Origin: a virus
Direction: 5' to 3' (one strand)
Virus record (IMG/VR): IMGVR_UViG_3300046674_000532
DNA: 64,000 bases
The translations under genes were made by a program, and so were the position numbers. Position 1 is the first letter of the stretch; each line of letters starts with the position of its first letter. Shown in pieces: positions 26,437 through 33,788 of this stretch. The notes beneath the pieces were generated by a model. It made no database searches, was not told the DNA's origin, and saw only the letters and a list, made by a program, of their open reading frames with translations.

Positions 26437-26748
26437 CTAGGCGTTCCGAGTGATGCCGTACGGATCCCACGTCGGCTGGAAGTCGGAGTGCGTTGCCCAC
26501 CGGCGAGCCACCAGCGCCAGGTAGTGGAACGGCATGGACGGGTCGTCGCCGTGCGAAAGTTCCGACTGTGCGACGCCCTTGATGTAGACGGCGAGGTCGA
26601 GAAGCGACTGGAAGGCCCTGCCTTCTTCCGAGTCGTACCGTGCAGCGTCGCGTAGCGGACCAACCCGGGCCTGGATGAAAGCGACGAGGGCGTCGATGTC
26701 TTCCTGCGAACGAGGCGGTTCAGGCGTGTACTCGGTCTGATCGGTCAC
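26437..26748 (-). CDS. hypothetical protein
   Basis: 103-aa ORF of ordinary composition upstream of the int operon. Confidence 0.55.
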   Translation of the reverse strand: MTDQTEYTPEPPRSQEDIDALVAFIQARVGPLRDAARYDSEEGRAFQSLLDLAVYIKGVAQSELSHGDDPSMPFHYLALVARRWATHSDFQPTWDPYGITRNA

Positions 26749-26792
26749 GGCATGTGAGCTTATCGGGAACCAGAGCGCGTGATCCCGGCGCC

Positions 26793-26834
26793 GAACTACT
26801 AGTCCGGGACGAAATGGGAGACCAGTAGTAGTTC
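26793..26834. repeat. AT-rich 9-bp inverted repeat GAACTACTA...TAGTAGTTC
   Basis: Arms separated by 24 nt in the 178-bp low-GC gap between the late region and the integrase island. Confidence 0.5.
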
Positions 26835-26871
26835 TGGGAGATGACTGACCGTTTCGATCAGTTCGATTTTT

Positions 26872-26908
26872 CGTCAGGAACGATCCTAAGCGCGGACCGT
26901 TCCTGACG
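26872..26908 (-). terminator. 11-bp-stem hairpin after gene 26926..27351
   Basis: CGTCAGGAACG-15 nt-CGTTCCTGACG, 18 nt after the stop; a T-run flanks it on the plus strand, so it could act bidirectionally. Confidence 0.55.
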
Positions 26909-26925
26909 ACCTGCTCCTTCGACGT

Positions 26926-27351
26926 TCAGGACGGACGTCCCATCGTCCAGCCCTGAACTTCCTGAACCCGGACCCGCCACAACGGCGACTCCATGCCCTG
27001 AACGACGTCACCGTCCAACGTCCCCCGGTAGTTCGTGACCACCCGCGCGTTCTTCAGGTGTGCGAAGTACAGCGGGTCCTCGTCCCCCCGGGGACCGGTC
27101 TCCTCGCTGACGCTCTTCAGGAACTTGCCCACCAGGTCGGCGCCGTCGCCGACCTCCGCCATCCACCTCTCGAAGGCGGCCACCCACTGGTCATGACCGA
27201 TCAGGTCACCGCACACCAGCGTTCCCCCGACCAGGAGGCTGACCGAAATGGAAGCCTGCTTTTGGTCCTCCAAGTCCAGGAACTCCAACAGCGCGTCAAA
27301 GTAGAGGTCCCGGTACGCGCCCACGGCCGGCTGAGAGGTCTTTTCACTCAT
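26926..27351 (-). CDS. hypothetical protein
   Basis: 141-aa ORF, last gene of the long minus-strand late unit. Confidence 0.6.
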   Translation of the reverse strand: MSEKTSQPAVGAYRDLYFDALLEFLDLEDQKQASISVSLLVGGTLVCGDLIGHDQWVAAFERWMAEVGDGADLVGKFLKSVSEETGPRGDEDPLYFAHLKNARVVTNYRGTLDGDVVQGMESPLWRVRVQEVQGWTMGRPS

Positions 27352-27447
27352 TGTGCTTCCCCGCTGTGCAGAGTCCCGGCGGGCCCTGTGCCCCCAGCCG
27401 ACTCGGATGCATCAACGGTATCCCGCCCCACTGACAACGCGGCGTAG

Positions 27448-27606
27448 CTACTTCTTCGCCTGCAGCGCGAGGACGGGGGCGTGGCAGAGGACGCAGAGCG
27501 GGCTCGCCTTCTCGCCGTACCTTCGGGTGGGGTGGCCGCAGCCCGCGCACGGGCCGACCTGGGCGGGCGCGCACGTGGGCATAGGCGGAGCGGGAGGACT
27601 GGTCAT
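27448..27606 (-). CDS. possible 52-aa zinc-ribbon protein
   Basis: My translation: MTSPPAPPMPTCAPAQVGPCAGCGHPTRRYGEKASPLCVLCHAPVLALQAKK. CxxC...CxxC pattern, high GC3; below the ORF-track size cut-off. Confidence 0.4.
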   Translation of the reverse strand: MTSPPAPPMPTCAPAQVGPCAGCGHPTRRYGEKASPLCVLCHAPVLALQAKK

Positions 27607-27622
27607 GCCGGGATCATCTCAC

Positions 27623-27901
27623 TCACCGGTCCTCGATCTTCAGATAGATCGACCGCTCAGCGATCAGCCCGCTGGTGGTGGTGATCTGGCAGACCACCGC
27701 GCTGACGTCACCGAGCGCCCCGCCTGATACCCGCTGGGTGACGACAGAACCGTTCACCACCGGTGCCCCGACAGCCGTGAGCCCATCATTCGCAACGACC
27801 GTTGCTTCGCTGATGGTGTCGCCTACTTCCGCGAGCCAGAGCGTCCAGTCCCAGGTGTAGTCCAGCAGCTCGGAGGGGTCTTTGGCGAAGGTGGTGGACA
27901 T
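27623..27901 (-). CDS. conserved phage protein of unknown function
   Basis: 92 aa; DPSELLDYTWDWTLWL...GDTI pattern recalls small beta-sandwich proteins in virion modules, but no firm assignment. Confidence 0.6.
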   Translation of the reverse strand: MSTTFAKDPSELLDYTWDWTLWLAEVGDTISEATVVANDGLTAVGAPVVNGSVVTQRVSGGALGDVSAVVCQITTTSGLIAERSIYLKIEDR

Positions 27902-27903
27902 GC

Positions 27904-29154
27904 CTACCTCACTGTCAGGGTGCGGTGCTCGGCGGGGACGACCATCCGTCGGCGCTCGGCGGGGACGGCGACCAGCCGGTCCTCGGCGGGGATCTGGACG
28001 GTGCGCTGGGGACTGGGCACGACGGTGCTTTGCCTGGCGATCGGGCGTGCCGTGGAGACGTCGATGGCCGGCGTCAGGGTGGCGGTCTTGAAGCCGGTGA
28101 GCGGTAGCGCCGTCTCGATCACGCTGGCGGTGGACAGCGTCACGACCGGGGCGGCCGGGGTGAGCGGTTGCGCTGCCTCGACCTCGCCGGCAATCCCGAG
28201 AGCGGCTGTCTTTTCCCCGGCGACGGGCTGGGCGGTGCTCTCCTCCGTGGCGGGCGGGAGGGCGGCGCTCTTGGCGCCGGTGAGGTCCTGCGCCGATGCG
28301 GCTTCGACCGCGGTGGGGAGCGCGAGCGACCGGGTGCCCGTGAGTGCTTGCCCGGCCTCGGTGGCTGTGGCAGTGCTGAGTTCGCTCGTCTTGCTGCCGG
28401 TCGGGATCTGCGCCGTCTCCACGACGGTGGCCACGCCCAGCGTTGCCGTCTTGACGCCAGTGAGGGGCTGGGCCGTCTCCAGTACAGAACCTGGGCCAAG
28501 CGTTGCCGTCTTGGTGCCGGTGAGGGCCTGGGCCGTCTCCACCGCAGCGCCTGCGCTGAGGCTGGTGGTCTTCGCCCCGGTGAGCGCTTGGGCGGCTTCG
28601 GATGCGCTGGCCAGCGTGAGGGAACTGGTCGTTCCCGTGGTCACGTCGGCTGCGGAGAAATCATCGAAGCGGAGCGCGGACACGGACTCGGCTCGGATAC
28701 CGACGCTCGTTCCGGTGGCCACGTTGGTGTCCGTGACGCTGACCCTCTGGACACCGTTGACAAAGCCCTTGATCGTCGTGCCGACGACCTGGAGCTTGGC
28801 GACGTCGCCCGAGACGGCCGCTGCGGCGTAGCTGCCGATGCTGATGAACGAGCCGCCGACGACCGCGAACAAGGTCCAGTTCGAGCCGTCATTACGCCAC
28901 AAATAGCCGCTCGTGATGTTGCTGTTGCCTCTGCACCATATGCCGTGGCTGACTGCTGCGGTGACAGCGATCGTCGTCTGCACGTAGTGGTCGTTGCTGG
29001 CCATCGCTCCGGCGGCGCGGAGGATGATGGTGCCGCCGGCCGAGCCCGAAGACAGTCGGTTGGAGACGATCGACCAGTCCCCCGACACCTCGACCCAGCC
29101 GGCGCCCAGGCTGGAGCTGTCCGACCGGTTGAAGTCGTCGGTGAAGGTGGTCAC
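27904..29154 (-). CDS. LamG/concanavalin-like N-terminal domain protein with ~9 tandem 20-aa repeats
   Basis: N-terminus FTDDFNRSDSSSLGAGWVEVSGDWSIVSNRL. It is followed by repeats of the type TATLGxxxxxETAQxLTGxK. Confidence 0.7.
   Translation of the reverse strand: MTTFTDDFNRSDSSSLGAGWVEVSGDWSIVSNRLSSGSAGGTIILRAAGAMASNDHYVQTTIAVTAAVSHGIWCRGNSNITSGYLWRNDGSNWTLFAVVGGSFISIGSYAAAAVSGDVAKLQVVGTTIKGFVNGVQRVSVTDTNVATGTSVGIRAESVSALRFDDFSAADVTTGTTSSLTLASASEAAQALTGAKTTSLSAGAAVETAQALTGTKTATLGPGSVLETAQPLTGVKTATLGVATVVETAQIPTGSKTSELSTATATEAGQALTGTRSLALPTAVEAASAQDLTGAKSAALPPATEESTAQPVAGEKTAALGIAGEVEAAQPLTPAAPVVTLSTASVIETALPLTGFKTATLTPAIDVSTARPIARQSTVVPSPQRTVQIPAEDRLVAVPAERRRMVVPAEHRTLTVR
28000..28640 (-). 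repeat. in-frame ~60-nt tandem coding repeats
   Basis: Periodic ETAQ(A/P)LTG(T/V/A)KTATL units read from the translated ORF; boundaries approximate. Confidence 0.7.
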
Positions 29155-29157
29155 GGG

Positions 29158-29607
29158 CTATGCCGCCGAGGTGACCCGCGCGAAGTCCGCGACCGTCAGG
29201 GTGAAGTTGTTGCCGTCCGGGGTGAGGGTCACGTCGTGGAGGCTCAGCGGCACGATGCTGGAGTCGGTCCCCGTGGTCGTGTCCGGGTCGAAGCAGATCA
29301 GCAGCTTCGAGATCGCGTTGCCCGAGGCCGCGGTCCACGTCTGGTCGGCGAAGTCCAGGGCGAGCCGGTCATTCGTGTCGTCGACGGTGGCAGTGCAGGC
29401 GGTAACCGTCTTCCTGCCCATGGTCGTCTGCTCGTTGGTGGTGCCGGACAGGAACGCTGCGAGGTCGTCTTTGTCGCGCAGGACCGAGTCCGTTTCCAGG
29501 CCCGAGGTTTCGATGGGGACGAGGATGAGTGCGGCGTTTCCGACGCCGACCTGTTCGGCGTACCGCTTCAGGTAGCCGAGCGCGATGTTCAGGACGATGT
29601 TGGCCAT
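29158..29607 (-). CDS. hypothetical (virion-associated?) protein
   Basis: ATG at 29607 (MANIVLNIALGYLKRYAEQ...), 149 aa; the rest of ORF 29158..29763 was rejected. Confidence 0.6.
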   Translation of the reverse strand: MANIVLNIALGYLKRYAEQVGVGNAALILVPIETSGLETDSVLRDKDDLAAFLSGTTNEQTTMGRKTVTACTATVDDTNDRLALDFADQTWTAASGNAISKLLICFDPDTTTGTDSSIVPLSLHDVTLTPDGNNFTLTVADFARVTSAA

Positions 29608-29639
29608 GGTCACTCCAGTTCTTGCGGGTCGATGCGGCG

Positions 29640-29963
29640 TTACGGGCTTGGGGCCGAGGAGGTCGACGGGGTCGGGGTGGGAACGGTGGCGCAGATCTTG
29701 TCGGCGGCCGTACGGACGGCGCCGGACAGCTTCGCCTGGGCGTCGTCGCGCATTACCGCCCACAGGGCGCAGGTGAGTTGCTGCTGGTCGGTGCGCTGGG
29801 CGAGGCCGGTGGTCTGCCCGGATCGCAGGGTGGCGAGGCGGTCCTGGGCGCGGGAGTTCTGCCAGATCAGTAGGACGGCCAGGATGAGCATGGTGGCCAG
29901 CACGACAGCGATGACGGGGGTGGTGTCATGCCGGGGGCGGCGCAGGGGAATCGGTGCGGCCAC
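29640..29963 (-). CDS. single-pass membrane protein
   Basis: TM segment VIAVVLATMLILAVLLIW; Pro/Thr/Ser-rich C-terminus. Confidence 0.6.
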   Translation of the reverse strand: MAAPIPLRRPRHDTTPVIAVVLATMLILAVLLIWQNSRAQDRLATLRSGQTTGLAQRTDQQQLTCALWAVMRDDAQAKLSGAVRTAADKICATVPTPTPSTSSAPSP

Positions 29964-29978
29964 GATGGCCTCCTCTCT

Positions 29979-30608
29979 TCAGGGGGCTATCAGGCCGAGG
30001 AGGCCGGACAGCAGGGACGTGTCGGTCGGGGTGGGGGATGCGGTCGGGGTGGGGCTGGTCGTGGGGGTGCGGCGGCAGACGAGGGTGTCGGGGTCGTCCG
30101 GGGCCGGTTGGAGGGTGTAGCCGTCGGGGCAGGTCTGGCCGTCCTTGCCGTCGGCGCCGTTGGATCCGTCCTGTCCGCTGGTGCCGTCGGTTCCCTTCGC
30201 GCCGTCTTGTCCTGCCGCTCCGGAGGAGCCGGCGGCGCCCGGCTGCCCGGTGGGGCCGGGTGAGCCGTCCGGTCCCGGAGCCCCAGCGGGTCCGGGCGGG
30301 CCGGGCACGGTGGACGTCGGCCCGGGGGAACCGGTGTCGCCCTTCTCGCCCGGTTCACCGGGAAGGCCCGGGGATCCGGTGGCGTCCTGGCCGGGCTTGC
30401 CGGACGGTCCGGCGACGGGGTCGCCGCCCAGTTCGCGTACCTGCGCTGCGAGGGCGTCACGGTCCTTGCGCGCTTCGTGGAGCGAGGCGGACAGGTCCCG
30501 CATCGTGACGACGATCCACCCCAGCACAGTGATCAGTAAGGCGACGCCGACTACCCAGACCACGTCGGTACGCCGTTTGCGGCGCCTGGACGCCGGACTC
30601 TCCCTCAC
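29979..30608 (-). CDS. membrane-anchored collagen-like repeat protein
   Basis: N-terminal TM (VVWVVGVALLITVLGWIVV), coiled segment, then ~90 residues of Gly-X-Y triplets (about 30135..30410), a Cys pair and a PT-rich tail. Confidence 0.75.
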   Translation of the reverse strand: MRESPASRRRKRRTDVVWVVGVALLITVLGWIVVTMRDLSASLHEARKDRDALAAQVRELGGDPVAGPSGKPGQDATGSPGLPGEPGEKGDTGSPGPTSTVPGPPGPAGAPGPDGSPGPTGQPGAAGSSGAAGQDGAKGTDGTSGQDGSNGADGKDGQTCPDGYTLQPAPDDPDTLVCRRTPTTSPTPTASPTPTDTSLLSGLLGLIAP

Positions 30609-30949
30609 GATGACCCCTTACTGGCCAGGTAGACCTGCAGAAGTAGGAGCAGGAGGGGGGCGACGAGAGCGGTCAGCATGAGCCGTTTGTCGCCTGCTCT
30701 ACGGGTTTCCAACTCGCGCTGCTCTGTCTGCTTCTGCTGCGCTTCCCGCTCCCGGGCCTGCTCGATCGCGGCGATCCGAGCGACAGCGGCGGCGTGGCGG
30801 TCGTCCTGCGCCTGCTGCTGGAGGGCGAGCAGGCTGGTGTCGGCCTTGGTGTCCAGGCGCCCCGCGAGGGTGCGCATGTCCTCCTTGAGGTCGTCGAATC
30901 CGGCGTCGAGGCGACGAGCCAGCTCCCCGTTCGTTGGCTCGTCGCCCAC
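30605..30949 (-). CDS. coiled-coil protein with C-terminal membrane anchor (lysis-cassette accessory)
   Basis: GTG at 30949 with GGAG RBS. Long charged helix, then LMLTALVAPLLLLLLQVYL; ATGA overlap with the next gene. Confidence 0.6.
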   Translation of the reverse strand: MGDEPTNGELARRLDAGFDDLKEDMRTLAGRLDTKADTSLLALQQQAQDDRHAAAVARIAAIEQAREREAQQKQTEQRELETRRAGDKRLMLTALVAPLLLLLLQVYLASKGSS

Positions 30950-30966
30950 GGCAGCGGCTCCTAAAT

Positions 30967-31329
30967 TCAGGCCTGCACCGACCGCACGGCGGCGGCCGGA
31001 ACGGGGGCGGTGACCTGGGTGCGGTCCCACATGCCGACGACGATGGTGACTGCGGTCAGGACGACGGCCTGCTTCTCCGAGGACCAGTCCAGGCCGAGGC
31101 CGACGGCCAGGGCGAGGGCGGCCTGCGCGAAGCCGATCAGCGCGGCGCCGACGGCGTCGTGGGCGATGAGGGCGACCAGAACGCCGACGGCGGCCGCAGC
31201 CGCGCCGTTGACCCAAGCCTGGGTGTCGGCGGAGGCGTCCCAGCCGAACGCGGCGGACAGCTTCACGCAGATCGCAACGAGGGCCAGGATGGCGGCGGGC
31301 TCACGCCCGAGGATCTTTACCGGGGACAC
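30967..31329 (-). CDS. holin-like multi-pass membrane protein
   Basis: 120 aa with 3-4 hydrophobic segments, directly downstream of the endolysin. Confidence 0.65.
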   Translation of the reverse strand: MSPVKILGREPAAILALVAICVKLSAAFGWDASADTQAWVNGAAAAAVGVLVALIAHDAVGAALIGFAQAALALAVGLGLDWSSEKQAVVLTAVTIVVGMWDRTQVTAPVPAAAVRSVQA

Positions 31330-31371
31330 GACGGTCTCCTTCTGGAGGGATGGGGTGGGGCGGGGGGTGGG

Positions 31372-32595
31372 TCAGACGTTGGGTACGCGAAGGGCGTCCC
31401 ACGACTTTTTGCCGGGGATGCCGTCGCACTCGGCATCCGTCCAGCCCAGGGCGTTGGCCTTGGAGAATTTTCGCTGCCACGCCGCGTAGGAACGGCGGTC
31501 GGAGTTCGTCCAGTTCGGGCCGGGGCCGGAGGCGTACCTGCCGCAGCCCTCGGCGACCAGGCGCCGGCCCATCGCGGTGACGATCGGCGAGTGGCGGCCG
31601 CCGTGGAAGAACGCGGCACCGGGGAACGGCTCGGTCGACGGCCTGGCAGGCTTCGTGGGTGTGGCCGGGGTGGTCGGCTTCGGCGCGGGAGCAGCAGCAG
31701 GCTTGCCGGGCACGATGGCGGTGTCGATCGCTCCGGGGTCCCAGTGGTCGTTTCCGGGGACCTGCGCGTGCGCGTAGTGCCCGCCTTCGTTCTGCCACGT
31801 GGTCCGCGACCGGGAGCCCTTCGCCGCGGCCGCAGCAGTGGCGGGCGGCTTTCCGGCGGGCCAGACGTCGGGAATGCCGTGCGCGCGCAGAGCGGCCTTC
31901 AGCTTCTGGAAGTTCGGCTTCTTCGTCTCGTCGAACCCGTTGGTCCATGGCGAGGCGGCGCGGCCGAGGACCTCGATCTGGACGTTCACCTTGCCCTCGC
32001 GGTTGGTGCGCCGGGTGCCGTCGTTCTTCAGGGCGCGCGCGGAGGCGGTGAGCGGGCCGAACTGGCCGATGAGGTCGGAGTCCGGGCAGTAGATGACCTG
32101 TGGTTCGGATGCGACGCGGATCAGGTAGGCGGCGACGGACGCGAAGTACGCGGCGCCGGCCGGGGACTCGGTGGTGTGCCAGGTTGCCCGGGGCGGGTTG
32201 CCGGGGTAGTCCATGGCGCCGCCGATGGCCTGGCTGCCGAACTTGGTGGCGCCGGAGATGTAGGCCGGGCCCGCCGTGGTACCGCGCGGCAGGTCCGCGC
32301 TCTCCTTGACGGCCCGCTTCTTCGCGGCGGGGTCCGGGTCGTACACCCGGTACTCGGGGGCGCCGACGGGGACGTACACGTCCAGGTTGTCGTCGTCGCG
32401 GAGCACCATGAAGGCGCCCTCGATGTGCGGGTGGTCCTTCACGAACTGCGGGGAGTCATCCAGCGCGGCGATCGCGCGGACTTCGTCGACGTGGGCCTGG
32501 TCGCAGGTGCCCAGGTAGACGGTCTCCGTGTGAAGTTCGGGGGTGTCCGGATCGGGGGAGGCGAGGGTGTCGACTGCGACGTGGTACTCGGTCAT
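31372..32595 (-). CDS. endolysin: amidase-like catalytic region plus C-terminal cell-wall-binding domain
   Basis: ATG at 32595 (ATGA overlap). GGHYAHAQVPGNDHWDPG resembles the amidase_2 end motif. PT-rich linker, then a PG-binding-like repeat ending DGIPGKKSWDAL. Confidence 0.7.
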   Translation of the reverse strand: MTEYHVAVDTLASPDPDTPELHTETVYLGTCDQAHVDEVRAIAALDDSPQFVKDHPHIEGAFMVLRDDDNLDVYVPVGAPEYRVYDPDPAAKKRAVKESADLPRGTTAGPAYISGATKFGSQAIGGAMDYPGNPPRATWHTTESPAGAAYFASVAAYLIRVASEPQVIYCPDSDLIGQFGPLTASARALKNDGTRRTNREGKVNVQIEVLGRAASPWTNGFDETKKPNFQKLKAALRAHGIPDVWPAGKPPATAAAAAKGSRSRTTWQNEGGHYAHAQVPGNDHWDPGAIDTAIVPGKPAAAPAPKPTTPATPTKPARPSTEPFPGAAFFHGGRHSPIVTAMGRRLVAEGCGRYASGPGPNWTNSDRRSYAAWQRKFSKANALGWTDAECDGIPGKKSWDALRVPNV

Positions 32596-33434
32596 CGGCT
32601 GGCGTCCAATCGGGGCTGGACGAGGTCGATCTCGTCCCGGAGGGCCTGGTAGAGGGCGAGGGACATGCGGAACTCGCCGGCGTCGCCCCAGGAGGCGGAC
32701 CAGCTGTTGCGTACGCGCAGGACGGTCTGCTCGAGGACCAGGTGGCCGTCCGGGTCGGTGACGGCGGACTCGAGGGCGGTGATGCACACCTCGTGGCCGC
32801 CGGCGACGGGTGAGTCCTGCCAGCCGGGAATGTCGTCGAGGACGGCGTGGGCGCCGGACGGCTCGAAGAACGCCTGGTACCAGGGCATGCCCATCAGTAC
32901 CGGTCCGGTCTGCAGGAGGGCGCAGAGTTCCGCGGCAGTGGTGGCGTGCCCGTACTGGTCGATGAGGCCACGCGAGCGCAGGGCTTTGGCGACGCCGAGG
33001 CCGGAGGAGCCGCAGTCGTCGGAGGGCCACTGCTGGTCCAGCCACTGGTCATGTCGGGTGGCGTCGGAGTACAGGCCGATCGCCCATTCCTCGGCGGCCA
33101 GCGGATCGGAGACGTCCAGGCCCTTCGCGGTCAGTGTCTCCGTGTCGTGGAGGACGGAGACCAGCGCGGTGGCGGCGTTGGCGGTGCAGGAGCCCAGAGC
33201 GTCGACGTCGGGTGCGCCGGGGGCCAGGAGGCTGGTGCGGATGCCCTGGCCGAGGAGGTCCTGCTGGTCCAGGACCGGAATCTTGGGCTGCCACGCGGTG
33301 GGATGCAGCGGTCCGCCGTCGTAGCGGCGCCGGTAGGCGAGGCTGCGCGGGTCCAGCACTAGGTGCCGGCCGAGCTGTCCGGTGACGTCGTACCGCTTGA
33401 TGTCGAGGTCGGGCACCCGACCCTGCTCCTGCAC
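32592..33434 (-). CDS. papain-like cysteine peptidase (lysis cassette)
   Basis: Catalytic-triad contexts LGSCTANAAT, VAGGHEVCI and VRNSWSASWGDAGEF. The start may instead be GTG 33416 (GGAG RBS). Confidence 0.75.
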   Translation of the reverse strand: MQEQGRVPDLDIKRYDVTGQLGRHLVLDPRSLAYRRRYDGGPLHPTAWQPKIPVLDQQDLLGQGIRTSLLAPGAPDVDALGSCTANAATALVSVLHDTETLTAKGLDVSDPLAAEEWAIGLYSDATRHDQWLDQQWPSDDCGSSGLGVAKALRSRGLIDQYGHATTAAELCALLQTGPVLMGMPWYQAFFEPSGAHAVLDDIPGWQDSPVAGGHEVCITALESAVTDPDGHLVLEQTVLRVRNSWSASWGDAGEFRMSLALYQALRDEIDLVQPRLDASR

Positions 33435-33561
33435 TCCCCGCGCCTGAGCTGCTGTGTGGCGGACCGCTGTGGTGCGGTCGTCCCTCGGGGTGTGGAGTGT
33501 GGGGCGGAGGGTCGCCCGGTGATCTCAGGCTACGGCCTGACGGGGCGTGTGTTGCCCCGGC

Positions 33562-33786
33562 TCATTCGCCGAGCGGCGGGAGCGGGGTGACGGGGAAGAT
33601 CTGCTCGTGCCGGGCTGCGGTGACGGACGCGAAGTCGGTGCCAGTCTGGATGAGCCATTCCTGGATGTGGTGGGCGAGGGCGACTTCGTCGACGCGCTGG
33701 TTGTCGGACTGCACGTGCACGGTGACGACGGTGGGGTTCTCGTCACCGTTGCTGGTGCAGGTGAGGACAGTGCTGGGGAAGTCCAT
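33562..33786 (-). CDS. hypothetical small protein
   Basis: ATG at 33786 (MDFPSTVLTCTSNGDENPTVV...), 74 aa. Confidence 0.55.
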   Translation of the reverse strand: MDFPSTVLTCTSNGDENPTVVTVHVQSDNQRVDEVALAHHIQEWLIQTGTDFASVTAARHEQIFPVTPLPPLGE

Positions 33787-33788
33787 GA

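Noticed and set aside
28000-28640. Regular ~60-nt repeats as a possible CRISPR array
   Set aside because: The repeats are contiguous, in-frame and imperfect, with no unique spacers. They encode the 20-aa protein repeat of gene 27904..29154.
33436-33448. Fifth full copy of the 15-nt hairpin motif
   Set aside because: Only CAGGCGCGGGGAG is present; the 3' arm is missing, so no hairpin can form. Mentioned only as a degenerate relative.
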